This document shows positions 27,340 through 40,956 of a stretch of 64,000 bases of DNA, piece after piece; position 1 is the first letter of the stretch; each line of letters opens with the position of its first letter. The DNA lies in the NCBI RefSeq assembly GCF_009914755.1, contig NC_060930.1, one strand, 5' to 3'. The position numbers and the translations under genes are program-made. Source of the DNA: the human T2T-CHM13v2.0 reference genome, Homo sapiens. The notes under the pieces were generated by a model. That model was not told the origin of the DNA and made no database searches. It saw nothing but the letters and a program-made list of their open reading frames with translations.

Positions 27340-28050
27340 AACCTCGGACCACTTCTCTTTATTTCTCCCAATCCATTACTATTCTCTCTTATTCACTCTA
27401 CTGTAATTTCTTCCTAATTCCTCTTCCTACATCTTTTATGTTCATGTCCATTTTGTTCTTCACAAAGAAGCCAGAATTATTTTTCTTTTAGTATGATATT
27501 TTTAAAACACAAATCCAAACATGTCCACTCCCTGCTGAATATCTTTGATGGCTTTGCATTGTCCTTAAGAGAAAAATCCATGCATGTCCTTCATACTCTG
27601 TAATGGTTTTCCCCCAACCTATCTCTCAGATTGACCCTAAGATTTAATCTCAATCTTTTTTTTCCTCCTTCTCTGCCACACATTTGCTGCCCTCAAACTC
27701 TTATATTTACCATTTTCCTTCTTTCTGTAAGAATTTTACACTCCAGGAAACAAACTCGTCAGTTCCTTCTTCCAATAGTAAATATGTACTTACTTTTTAT
27801 TATTGGCTTGGTAGTCATTTAATCAAAGAAGAAGTCCTCGATCTCACCTACTAAGCAAACTTCCTCCAGTATACAATCTAATGGTATTACGTACCTCATA
27901 TGTAAAGCTCTTATCACATCTGTAATTTTGTAATCTCGTATAACAAATAGGACCAAATATGTTTTGGACACAATATAATAAGTTGTGTGAGAAGAGAAGC
28001 CTTGTCTATTCTCATATTCCAGACTGCCTAAATCTTAGTAAGCCTGCAAT
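27340..28050 (+). mobile_element. L2 3' region, degenerate
   Basis: AAACACAAATCCAAACATGTCCACTCCCTGCTGAATATCTTTGATGGCTTTGCATTGTCCTTA is a typical L2 3' segment. Confidence 0.6.
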
Positions 28051-28304
28051 TTTTTATTTGATAGGGAGATATATTGATGAATAGGGAGATAAAATGAGTG
28101 GATTCTGAGTCTTCACATACAGTAATGTTGTATATCTGTGTATATGTTTAACTCTCTTAAGTTTCTTAGCTAAATTTTGTCATTTTTCTATATAGAGATC
28201 CTAGATATTTCACATTTAATCTAGGATATTTTAATTTTTTTTTTTTTTTTTGCTGTAGTGAGGATTTCCCCATTATCATTTGCACTTGGTTATTATCTTT
28301 GAAC

Positions 28305-28512
28305 CAAATTAGCAAACTGGCTAAATCCAGCTCTCCACTTATTTTTATAAATAAGGTTTTATTGGAACACAGCCATGCTCATTTATTTACATATAGCCTA
28401 TGGCTTCTTTAGTGCTACAATAGCAATTTTGAGTAGTTGCAACAAAGACTGTATGGTTCATGATGTCTAAAATATTTACTAGCTGTACTTTTACAGAGAA
28501 AGATTGCAAAAT
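28305..28512 (+). mobile_element. MER58A (hAT-Charlie MITE)
   Basis: AAATAAGGTTTTATTGGAACACAGCCATGCTCATTTATTTAC...GAGTAGTTGCAACAAAGAC...AAAATATTTACTA. Confidence 0.85.
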
Positions 28513-30364
28513 GTAAAGGATAAAGATACCATTTAGAATTATAATGATGATTGCACTCATCATTACAATTCATGTGTTTGATTTTAATTGGAAAATCCCT
28601 AGAATTTCATGTCTGAATCAGATATTCTTTAGATGTAGATTTCTAGGTTATCTTACATGAACTCCAGAATTTTGAATACATCTCTCCAGTCTTCTACTGG
28701 CTTATGTTGCTGATGACAAGGCTTTTATACATCTAATTTCCATTTGCTTCAAGCAGTTTGTTTTTCTTTTCTAGTAGTTTTCATTTTTTATATCTTTTTC
28801 ACCAATAAATGAATTTATTCTTACTCTCCCCTGGGACACAGTAGGTCTACTTCAATGTAAGTTCAGTCTCTTATATTCTAGAAACATTCATAGCAACTAG
28901 CTTTTGATCATCCAGCTCCTTCATGTTTTTTTCTTTTTCTTTTTTCAAAACTCCAGAGCATTTTTCCTTCTATTCTCTATGATTTTTAACTTCTGCTCTA
29001 TTTCATCTCTTATCTCTCTATGTTGCATTCTCATAGATTTTCTTATAATTATTTCACAATTTATTAAGTGACTGAATCAATAGTAGTATTTTCTGTGTCT
29101 ATTAGATTTTTTATTTCATTGACTATTTTTAGTTTCTAAATTTAGAGCTGGTTTATTTTTATATCTGCCTATTACTGTTTATATTGTCTTTATTTTGTTT
29201 CTTGAATGCTAATTTTTCTTGATTTCTTGAAAAATTCAGAATGCATTCTTTTATTTTTAAAATTGTATTTGTATTGTTCTGGAGTCTTTATTTTCTTGTG
29301 TCTGACAATGCCTGTTTACTGAGTCTTCTGAGTGCTTTTTAAATGCTGCTAACAGATATTAAAGTTTCTTTGTGTGTTTTATAATTTGTCCTTAAGAATT
29401 TTTTTTTGGTGGGTGTTTTCTTATTTGTGTACTCCTCTTTCTGACACCATTGCACCACTAAAAGACTGCTTACTTCCACACCCTCCCACCCCTGCAAGCA
29501 GCTTGCCTCTGAAATAGGCTTGCTATTAGTGGATGTGCTTGAGTTTCTGCTGGGCTCTTAAGTCTCAGCTGGTAGATTTGGGCAAGATGAGGTTTTTTCC
29601 TACCTACAATAGCAGGCAAAGAGAATAAGCTATTTCATCCATCATCTACAGAGGAATTATTTTTTTCCAAATATTAGCTTTTCTGCAGAGGGCTCTTGCT
29701 CTTATTCCACTCCAGAAACCGAGCTCTATCTTCTCTGTCATTGGATCCTATTTATAGCATTTCACTGGTCATGTGACTTTAGCCCCAGATTACTAATGAT
29801 GGTGCTCCTTTCTTTAGTGTACTTCATTCTCTATTTATTTTTGACAGCTGTACATTTTTAAATACCTTCTATATATTTTATCTATAGTTTCCAAGTATTT
29901 TCAATAACAGAGAAAGTGTTCTTAAAGGAATTCAGAGGAACTGAAATCCTTGCTCTTGAACTAGAATTCCATTAGTCACAGACCACAATTCCAACATGCC
30001 TAGGCATCATACTAAGACAACACAATAATGAAATAAATTATTTGTCCCTGGGAAGAATGCAATGTCATGAATTATTTAGTTACAGAAAGTCAGTTGGCTT
30101 CATTTGCTAATACACCTACGAATTAGAGATATGGCCATAGATAAAATTTTCCAATTCTATATGTTTTAGCAAAAGTCATATTTGATAATTTCTTATTAAT
30201 ATTTCTATCTATTCAAGCTAGAGAGGACCTATTTTTCTATTTTGCTGTTTAAGGGATCACATTTAGAAAGCTGGAAATAAAGTTCTGAGTTTTCCCAATG
30301 GTCTTTTAGCATCCACATTGAGTGATTACTTAACAGCTGAGGTTTTCAAGTATTATAGAAAGGA

Positions 30365-33300
30365 AGTATCTATTCAGCTCATTTGCCCATTTTTTAAATC
30401 AGATTATTTAGGATTTTTATTGTTGATTCATTTGAGTTCCTTGTATTTTCTGGCTATTAACCCCTTGTCAGATACACAATTTGCAAATATTTTCTCCCAT
30501 TATGCATGTTGTCTTTTCACTCTGTTGATTGTTTTATTTGCTGTGCAGAAACTTTATAGTTTGATATAATTCCATTTGTCTACTTTTGCTTTTGTTGGCT
30601 GTGCTTTTGAGGTCTTAGTGATTAAATTTTTGTCCAGACCCATGTCCTGAAGCATTTCTCCTACATACTCTCCTAAGTAGTTTTATAGTTTCAGGTCTTA
30701 CATTTAAGTCTTTAAGCCACTTTGAGTTAATTTTTGTATATAGTGAGAGAGAGTAATCTAGTTTCTTCTTTCTGTATATGAATATTCAATTTTTCCGGTA
30801 CCATTTATTAAGAAGACTGTTCTTTCTCCAATAAATGTTCTTGGTGACTCTGTCGAAAATCAGTTAGCTATAAATACATGAATTTATTTCTGGGCTCTCA
30901 ATCTAATGGTATTATGTGCCTCATATGTAAAGCAATTCCACTGTCTATGTGTCTCTTTTGATGGAATACTATGCTGTTTTGGTTGCTAGAGCTTTATAGT
31001 ATGTTTTGAAATCCAGTAGTGTGACTCCTCCAGCTTTGTTGCTTTTAGTCAGAATTCCTTTAACTACTCAGGGTCTTTTGTAGTTTTACACAAATTTTAG
31101 ACATTTTTTATGTGAAGAATGTCATTTGTATTTTGATAGGGCTTGCATTTATATCTGTAGATTGCATTTGCTAGTATAGTCATTTTTAAAATAGTAATTT
31201 TAAAATTCGTAAAAATGGAATACCTTTCCATTTTCCTGTAACCTCTTAAAATTATTTTTTCAGTGTTTTACAGTTTTCCTTTTACAGATATTTCAGCTTC
31301 TTTATTTAATTTATTTCTAGGTACTTTTTGTAGCTATTATAAATGAAATTACTTTCTTGATTTCTTTTTCTTCTGGTTTTCTATCGATGTATAGAAACAC
31401 TACTGATTTTTATATATTGATTTTGTTTCCTAAAATTTCACTAAATTGGCTTATCAATTCTAAGTGTTTATTGCTGAAGTTTTTAGGACTTTTCGTATAT
31501 AAGGTCATGTCATCTGAAAACAGAGACAATTTGACTCCTTTCTTTCCAAGTTGATTGTCCTTTATTTCTTTGTCTTACCTAACTTCTCTGGTTAGGACTT
31601 CTAATACTATGCTGAATAGAAATGGTGAACATGGCATCCTTGTTTTGTGCAAATCTTAGGGAAAATCTTTCAACTTTTTCTTATTCAGTGTAATATTGGC
31701 TGTGGGTTTTATTTATTTTTTCATATGTGGCCACTTTTTTTTGAGGTGCATTTCTTCTATACCTAACTTGCTGAAAGTTTTCATCATAAAGATATGTTGA
31801 ATATACCAAATGCTTTTTCTGCATCTATTGACATGATTATATAGATTCCATGCTTCATTCTCTTGATGCAATGTATTGTCTTTACTGATTTATGTCTGGT
31901 TAGCCATTCTTGCATCCCTTGAAAAATCCCCCATGATCATGTTAAATGATATTTTTACTGTGCTGCTAGATTTGTTTTGATAGTATTTTGTTGAGGATTT
32001 TTGCATTCATATTCATTAAGGATATTGGCTGTTGGTGACTTTTATTGTTGTTGTGTGCTTGTCTGATTTCAGTATCAGGGTAATGTTGACCTCAGAATGA
32101 GTTTGGAAGATTTCCATTTCCTTCAATTTTCTGGAAGAGTTTGAGAAGAACTGGTTTTTTTAATGTCTGGTAGAATTCAGCAGTGAAGCCAGTGGGTCCT
32201 GAGTTTTTCTCTGATGGAAGACTTTTTATTATACATTCAATCTCATCCTTAGTAGTTGGTCTGTTTAGGTTTTCTGTTTATTCTTGGTTCCATTTTATTA
32301 TGTTTTATTTGTTCAGTAATTTATACATGTTTCACTAGGTTTTCTAATTTGTTGGCTTATAGTTGTTTGAAATAGTCTCTAATGAACCTTTTTATTTATG
32401 TAGTATCAGTTGTAATGTCTCCTTTTTTGTTTCTAATTTTATTTATTTGCGTCTTTTTAATTCTTAATTTGTCTAGCTAATTGTGAGTAAATTTTATCTT
32501 TTCAAAAACTAATTTTTTGTTTTGTTGATCTTTTAAATTATTTTTAGTCTCAATCTTTTTTTTCTGCTCCAATTTTTATTATTTATTTTCTTCTATTAAT
32601 TTTGGGTTTGTTATATCTTTGCTTTTCTAGTCTCTTGTGGTAGATCATTAGCTTGTTTATTTGGAATCTTTCTACTTTTTGTTCTAAGTGTTTGTTGCTA
32701 TTTAATATAAACTTCTAACATTAAACTGCTCTTTCTGTATCCCACAGTTTTTGATATGTTGTGTTTCTATTTTCATTTGTTTGAAGAAATATTTTAGTTT
32801 TGTTCTTAATTTTTTTTGATGCTTTGGTCATCCAGAAGCATATTGTTTAATTTCCATGTATTTGTACAGTTTTCAAGGTTTTTTCTGCTATTGATTTATA
32901 GTTTTATTTCATTGTGGTCACAAATCATACCTGATATGATTTTTTTAAGTTTGTTGAGACTTTTTTTGTGGCTAACACATGGTCTGTTCTAAAGAATGCT
33001 TTAGGTGTTGATGAAAAGAGTTTGAGATAATATGCTGTAAATGTCTGTTTGGTCTATTTGGTTTAAAACCCAGTTTAAATATAATTTTTTTTGTTGAATG
33101 ATTTGTCCAGTGAAGAAAATAGAGTGTCGATGTCCCCAACTATATTTGTATTGAAGATTATCTCTTCCTTTAAATCTACTAATATTTACTTTATGTATCT
33201 GAGTGCTCCAGTATTGGGTGAATATATATTTACAATTATTATATATTCTTACATAATTAATTTTTCACTATATAATGCCCTTCTTTTTCTCTTATTACAG

Positions 33301-36300
33301 TTCTTAAAGTCTGTTTTATCTGATATACACATAGATACTCCTGCTTGTTTTGTTTTCTGTTTGCATGGAATATCTTTCATCATCCCTTCACTTTCAATCT
33401 ATACGTGTCTTTACAGATGAAATAAGTTTTCTGTAGGCAGCATATACATATAGTTGAGTTAATGTTTTCACTCATTCCACTAGCCTATACCTTTTAAGTG
33501 GGGAATTTAATATATTTATTTACATTCAAGATTATTATTTATATATGAGGACTTACTACTATCATTTTTTAATTGTTTTCTGGTTCTTTTATGTAACATT
33601 TGTTCCTATTTTCCTCTATTATTGTTTATCATTGAGTAACTGAGTGGTGTTTTGTAGTGATAAGGTTTAATTATTTTTTCTTTCTTTTTTGTGTATCTGC
33701 TCTACTTTTAAGTTTTCTGTTTTGCAAGTGTTCATGATAATAATTACTGCCTTTTCACCTTCAGACAGAGGAATCCCTTGAATATTTTCTGTAAGTCTGA
33801 GTTAGTGGTGAATTCCCTCTGTTTTTATTGTCTGGGTAAGATTTAATTTCTCTCTTAGTTCTGAAGGGTATTTCTGATGGACATAGTATTCTGGGTTTTT
33901 CTTTTTTTCTTTTGACAATCTAAATGTAGACATTTTCTGCTGGCTTATAGGTTTCTGCATAAATATCTGGTGTTAGTCTAATAGGGATGCCCTTATATGT
34001 GACTTCACACTTTTGCTGCTTTCAGGATTCTCTCTTTGTCTTTGTCTTTTCACAATTTGACTATAATATGCCTTAGGGAGGACATTTGGAGTTGATTCTA
34101 TTTGAGAACCTTTGCAGTTTGTGGATCTAGATGTCTATAACCTTCCTCAGACTTGAGAAATTTTCAGCTTTTATTTCATTAAATAGGTTTTCTATGTATT
34201 CTCTTCTCCTTCTAAAATTTGCATAATGTGAATATTTATTTGCTTAACGGTATCCCTGAAGTCTTGTAGGCTTTCTTCACTCTTTTTCATTCTCATGCCC
34301 ATTTTTTCTCTAATTTCCAACAACCCATCTTCAAGGTCAAGATTCTTTTTTCTGCTTGATCAAGTCTGCTGTTGAGGGTCTCTATTTTGTTTTTATGTCA
34401 TTCATTGAGTTTCTCAGCAGCAGGATTTCTGGGTTCTTTATTATTTCTCTTTGATGAATTTCTCATTCATATCATTGTTGTCCTGTTTTGTTATATTACC
34501 TATCTGTATTTTCTTGTATCACATTTAGTTTCCTCAAGATCATTATTTTGAATTATTTTTCTGACACTTCATTGATTTCTTTTTCATTGGGGTCTGTTAC
34601 TAGAGAGCTATTATGTTCCTTTAATGTTGTCACATTTCCTTGTTCTTTCATCTTGCTTGTGTCTCTGTGTTGCTGTCTGTGTATCTGGTGAAACAATCAC
34701 CACTTCCAAGCTTTCTATAGTAGCTTTTGCATGAAACAACTTTCACCTGCAGTTGGGTTTTACGTGGTGGTTGGGAAAGGTGCAATGACTCTTCTGGATA
34801 GATGCAGTGGTATAGTCTCTGTATAGCTTCTTCAGCTGTGTTTATCTGTCAGTAATCATTTTAGGTGCTTCATTGGCTTAGGCTGTTGAAGTTTGTGGCA
34901 GTTGCAGTGGCAACATAAGCTGTTAATGTCCTAGGTATCAAGGGCTTTTAGGGGCCTACTATTCTCATTTTCTCCACAATTAGAAGACTTATCCAAGTGG
35001 TCCTTCTTAGTGTCAGGTCTGACACAATCTGTAAGCAGCTACAGCAGTGCTGAATTCCAGGTGCAGGTTCTGACAGCAGCTGTGGGGCCAAGCTTCTAGG
35101 CTTAGACTCTCACGAGCCTATTATGGCGCCTGGGTCTTGGGGTACAGGTTAATTCTCTGTGCGCAGGGTGCAATGTAGATTGCCCGAAAACTAAGATCTG
35201 TGACTCTGAGGGATCCTCTAGCAACCAGGGAGTAGGTTGTAGCTCTGAACGTACTCTTGAGGGCAAAAGAACAGCACTGGCCTGACTTCAAGGAAGAAAG
35301 GGTACTCTGGAAGTTTGGGCCTGGGGACCTAGATATGGCTGCAATTCCTGAACCTGATCCAATAGGGTTCACTGGCAATTCAGGTTCTAGGGGCTGAAGC
35401 ACTGTGTTTCAGTGACTCTAGATCCTGATATGGTGGGGCTCAGCAGTATTTCATCCTCTGTAAAGCCAAATTCAATGGCAGCAAGTAATCCAGGTTGGCA
35501 GAGAACAACTGTTGTTTGCACCCTGGAAGATCAGAGAACAGCTCACTGTGACTCCACTACCTGGGGAGTGGGGTCTCTTAGCAGCTCAGACTCTAAGAGG
35601 CTGGTCCACCTCCAATAAAGCAAACAATAGAGGTGTTTGGCCTGTAGCATGACATATCTCAGCTCAACCAATGCTCTGTTTCCCAGGGATGCAGGGCATT
35701 ATGTCAGCACATAATGGAGTAGCCAGCTGCTCAGTTTGGCCTGGTCACCTGTTCCCTAAGGGTCAATGAGCCACTTTTACTCAAGCCTGTGGGGCATGAC
35801 TTTTCTGTGAAGTACAGGCATCATTTTCCTGGAATGTTTGGCAACAGTTCCGCTTATTCTGGGTGTGCAATCATTCGGAGTAGGCAAGGCACTGTTTTTT
35901 GGAATGCAGGGTGCTGCTTCAACTTTTGCGCTAGGGTAGTATGACTGCTTTGAGTGGCCAAAGTATTATTTTCCCATGGGGCAAGGTACTACTTCAGCCG
36001 TGGCCTAAGTGGGGAAAGGCAAGGGGTAGGTGAAGGGGCTCCACCTCTAATTGGCCCCATGGAGAAGGCTGTAACAGCTGATCACAGCTCAGCTTGGGGA
36101 TGTCAGGCCACAAGTCTGTTGAGGTTCAGTGGCAGCTTAGCACTTGGATGAAGGAAAGTCATGGCTACACACTCCGACCATAGTGTCACTTCCAAGATGG
36201 CATAGTGCAATAGGACATGGGCCACAGGGGTAGGACACAGTGTTGGCTCCTTCTTGGAGGGAGCACAGCCATGTGGACCCCAGGTAACTCCCTCAGCTGG

Positions 36301-36640
36301 ACTTAATGCCAGCGAAGACTGCAAGCGGCCCCAGTGGTGAGGTTTGTAGGTGTCCAAGGGGTTGATGGAGGTTGCTGGGGTACTCTTGCTTACCTGGAGA
36401 AGTTCCTCCTGGTTCCCAGTTGATCCCAGCTGGGAGCTGGGATGATAAAAGCCTCACATTTCCGTCCATTGTGTATATGATCATCCCAAGTTTCTGTGCT
36501 CATCAGGGTTTCTGGTATTCCTCTGATTCACTCCAGCACTCTCTCAGTTGTTGTCATTGAAATGTAGTTTATTTGTTCTGGTTGTCTTTGTGATGGGAAC
36601 AGTGCCAAGGGCTTCAAGTTGGCTATCTTGCTGACATTCT
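30365..36640 (-). mobile_element. Long old L1 (L1MA / L1M1-3 type): 5'UTR, ORF1 and most of ORF2; 3' end missing; decayed
   Basis: About 4.4 kb of T-rich antisense ORF2/ORF1 similarity (GTCATCTGAAAACAGAGACAATTTGACT, TAGAATTCAGCAGTGAAGCC), then GC-richer 5'UTR-like sequence ending near GCTATCTTG. Right boundary approximate. Confidence 0.85.
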
Positions 36641-38456
36641 GTGTGTTTTTACGAAGGGGCTTTTTGTGGCTTCATATAGTACACTCTAATTAAAATACAC
36701 TGACAACAAGCAGTCTCTTAGCGTATCAGAGCAGCTTATTGATAGGAATGCAGTAATTTTTCAATAACAGACAGCTATTCTGTTTAAATATTTTATCCAT
36801 TCAAAGAGATACCATTTATCTTTCCTGCAAATTTAAACAATCAAATTATACTTCTGGAATCTTCATAGAGGGAAAAATAAATTAATAAATATATATATTT
36901 AATATATATACACACAATCAAATTAGAGAAAAAGATCAACAGATTTGGAATATGTCCACTTCCCCTAGGCTATATAGAAGATATCCAAGGCTAAAGTGAA
37001 TCCTTTTGAAAACTACTTGAATCGAGATTTTTAATTGTGTTAAATAGTATTATTTATATTTTAAAAATAATTTAAAAGGCACTATCTTGCATACAGATAC
37101 ATATTAAATTACATCAAGCAACCGATGACCATTATTTTTAAATGTAAATGAATCAAAAATAAAATTATTTTGCCCAACAATGATTTTTAGGGCATTTTTG
37201 GATACTATTTAATGCCTAGTTGCTATTTTTGGCTAAAGTTAATATGCCCAAGGCATTCTTATACCTTGTATATAAACCAAGCAAAAGGGAGAGTTAATCT
37301 TTTATACAGAAATTTTTCTTTACAGGTTTCATGCATATACAATGAGATTACAGCATAAGTTTCCAAAAGACCTAAAATATTCAGGTATTTGCCTCAACTT
37401 GCATGTTCCTTTGTCTAGGTAACTGTATAGACTCACTAAAATGTCTAACTCTGAAGAATTTTAGCAATACTCACAGAATAATTTATGAAGTTATCATTCC
37501 TTATGGCCCTGTTATATAACCAGTAAAATCATCTTCCTAGTCCTTTTTCCTTCAAGCTGTTTCCTAAGGTGGCAGAATGGCTCTATTATTGTTTTACTGT
37601 GGCTATTAAAAAAAAAATCTAGGCCCTCAGGATCTCATTCAAACTTTTGTTCTCAAGTACTTCAGATGGAATCAAATATCATGCAATATTTACAAATCGT
37701 ACTCAAGCTATGAAAGAACACTTTGGGAGAGGAATAGGGAAATAAAGACTGAAGATAAGAGGACATGGAATGGTAACTGCCATTCTAAAAAATTTAGTCT
37801 TCGCTAGGTGGAAATTATCTGCATAGCTTAGATACTGACATTTGGCAGTTTCTGTTTAATGTCCCCATTTTTTGCAGGACCTGATTGCCAATGGCTGAGT
37901 GGAGGATTCCCGGTGCCAGTAGGCATTTCTGTTGTTGTTTCTGCTGGAGGAAAATATGGGGAAAGAGAGTGGATGGCAAACACAGCGAAGCCTCTAGATT
38001 TGGAGTAATACACATCATGTTTTGTGACTTCTTATGGAAATGCTGATGTTGAAATAATCTTTATGAAGGAGAAAAAAATAGTTTGTTTATACTGTCTTCA
38101 TGAAATAAGAATTTGGTGAGCTCACTACTGCATTTTATAATAGAGTTTAAATTTAAATTATTGCAACCAAAATAATTGAAAAAGGCATTTAGATATATTT
38201 AAGCAAGACATATACATTTTTTAATTATGAGGAGTCAAAGGTCATGTCTACATGCATCAGAAGATTTGGACACATAATGAATGTGTGTTGAAAAGAGCCC
38301 GGCAAAGGTATATGTAAACTGAACCTACTCCCATTTTAGTTACTAATTTTATTCTAACATCCCTGAATGTTCATTATTTTATGGATGATCAAACTAAGTT
38401 CCATCCAGTTTCAAAACTAAGATTCTGTGAAAGTTTTATTTCACTTCATTATAAAG

Positions 38457-38786
38457 CAGGATAACCCAAAAGAAATACAATGTAAGCCACATCTTTAATT
38501 TTAAGCTTTTTTGTAGCTATATTAAAGAAAGTGAAAAGAAACAAGTAAAAATAATTTTTGTAATATATTTTCTTTAACCCAACGGATTGCAAATATTATC
38601 ATTTCAACATATCATTAATATATTAAAGTAGTAAGGCGATATTTTATATTCCTTTCTTAACACTAAGTCTTTCTTTAAAACTCTGTGTGTATTTTACACT
38701 AAGAATGCATCACAACTGAGGATAGACACATTCCAAACACTCAATAATCATATGTGGTTATTTGTTGTCTTACTAGGCAACACAGC
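38457..38786 (+). mobile_element. MER33 (hAT-Charlie)
   Basis: AGAAATACAATGTAAGCCACA...AAAAGAAACAAGTAAAAATAATTTT...TTTAACCCAA...TATTATCATTTCAACAT...CTCAATAATCATATGTGG. Confidence 0.8.
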
Positions 38787-39255
38787 GACACATCATCTTG
38801 AATCATACAGTTTCGAAAGAAGTAAAAAGTAGTTTATTTCATTATTTCTCAACCATATGGATGAATCAGGAAAATCAGATCTGGTGCTTTTATTCACACA
38901 GAGTGCAATATTCTCATAATTTCATTATTAATATTTTAATGTATTTCAAGAATGCACATTATATTTTATAATCAGCTATTCTTTGTTCTTTTGTTGTGAA
39001 TATTTCCTGTAATACCTGAGGTGTTATAGGCTTGCATGACTATCTCCAAATGGTCTTATTTCTTCCCTTAGAAATACCAACACTTGCAACCTGGAGGCTT
39101 TGATGGATTGAACATTTTGACTAGATAGTTTGTCTCTCAAGATATCGTACTGATAGAAAAATAATGTAGAACATGATCTAATGGAACTAATATTTAAAAC
39201 TATCTGCCTAAAAGAAAACATTAGGTATTATTTCTCATCTGAGCTGATCTTTTAC

Positions 39256-39480
39256 AAGAAGAAGAAGGGGAAGGGGAAGAGAAGGAGGAGGAAGAGGAAG
39301 GAGGGGGAAGAGGAAGGAGAAAAAGAAGCAGGGGTGGAAAGAGCTGCAGCAGCAGGAGCAGGAGCAGGAGCAGCAGCGCCACTGCCACAACCACCACCAC
39401 CAAAACAACAAAGGGGAAGCAAAAGAAGGTGGAAGAGGAGGTGAAGAGAAGCACAAGCAGAAAAAGAAGGAGAAAGAAAT
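39256..39480. repeat. Composite purine-rich simple repeat (GAA/GGA, GCAGGA, CCA, CAA)
   Basis: Directly visible; it produces the low-complexity ORFs at 39181-39529. Confidence 0.9.
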
Positions 39481-40114
39481 CCATCAAATTGAAATCCTTT
39501 TGCTTACAGGAAGTTATTCCTGAGGGCACTCTCTTTTTTTATTCAACCAGCATTCATTGAACATCTAACATCTTGAAGAAGACATGGTTCTTGCTGAGAG
39601 CTACTGCAAACAAAAAAACAGGTAGCATAGAGCTGAAAAAGTGTTTGCAATCTGTACACACTGAGAAATTCCCTGAGCTGCATCCTGACAAATGTCATCC
39701 ACTTAAATACTTCTAATAAACAAGAATTGACTACCTCTGAGGCGGTACGTTTTATTTTTACACCATTGCATCACTCAGAATTCCCACATGAGGCTGCAGT
39801 AGATCACTCATGTGCTCACAATACACTAGTCTGGCCTCTGTAGACAACATAAATCTGTCTATCTACTCTGCAAAAGAATCCTTAAAATATCTGAGAACGT
39901 TTTTCTTTTTATCAGCATCTTTCTCTTTATTTTTTTCCTTCTCGTAAAATATAATTTTAACCCTTTTGCCATCCTGATCTTAATACCTTAATACCTTAAA
40001 TGCATATTTGGTGAATTCTATGTTAAAATGTTTTATTCAAAGCTAAATTTTTTATTAAATATTAAAGTGGCCTAAGAATGTACTTAGTATTTTATTAGCC
40101 ACCTCATAAATCCT

Positions 40115-40235
40115 GATTCATTCATTACAAGAATCCACTGAGAACCTATCATGTAATGGGTGGACTAAGTAATGTGGTTACAAAAATAAATAAAACACAG
40201 TCTTTTCCTCAAGTGGCTTATGGTCTAATGGACCA
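40115..40235 (-). mobile_element. L2 3' end fragment
   Basis: ATTCATTCATT...ACTGAGAACCTA...AAAACACAGTCTTTTCCTCAAGTGGCTTATGGTCTAATGG. Confidence 0.6.
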
Positions 40236-40956
40236 GGGAGTGGCTCCTAAGGACACACACCGAGGATGCTGTAGGCATGGAAGAGAAAGGTGCAGCCCAG
40301 TCTGGAATGATATTCATCACATATTGATTGATCAACTAAAATCATTAGATTGTTTTTCACCTGTAATGCCAGAAAGTGGGATTACTCCTAATTTATAACT
40401 TGTAAAAGCTGTTTACTAAATTTTCAGTGAGAAAATTTATAATTATTCTAGCTAAAATTCAATGTTTTTTTTTTAAATTTATTTCCAAGGTAGTTTGGAA
40501 TGTGAATTTTGTCAGAGATCTTTTCGAACTTTTTTTTTTATCTGTAAATTTGGTACTGTGTGTTTCACTCAACTTATTGATACAACTCTTGACAAGTACT
40601 GGGAGATGGCACAATACTGCAGGTAGCACTTATATTCAGGCAGAAACTGGGCCACTTATCATCACTTAATAAACCTGGCTGTTCACACTTCTGTGAATCC
40701 ACATCACAGATCTCTTATTCAGGCCACACTTTGCCATCTTATGCACAAGGATAGAATAGAATGCTGAATCAAATTTTTCTTGAAACAACATAATACTTAC
40801 ATCATTCCTTTGTGGCACCAAGCATCTACATGTATGAAGGACTTGGATGTGGTTTGATGTGATTGTGTTTCATGAATCTTTGTTGCATTCTTATCAATGA
40901 CTGGAAGAAATAATGGCTGTCTATGAAGCTTTGAAGGTTAACTTAGATGGAATAGT

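Noticed and set aside
28061-28091. Short direct repeats (ATAGGGAGATA x2; also 39980-39998 and 63439-63462)
   Set aside because: Ordinary small slippage duplications with no further structure.
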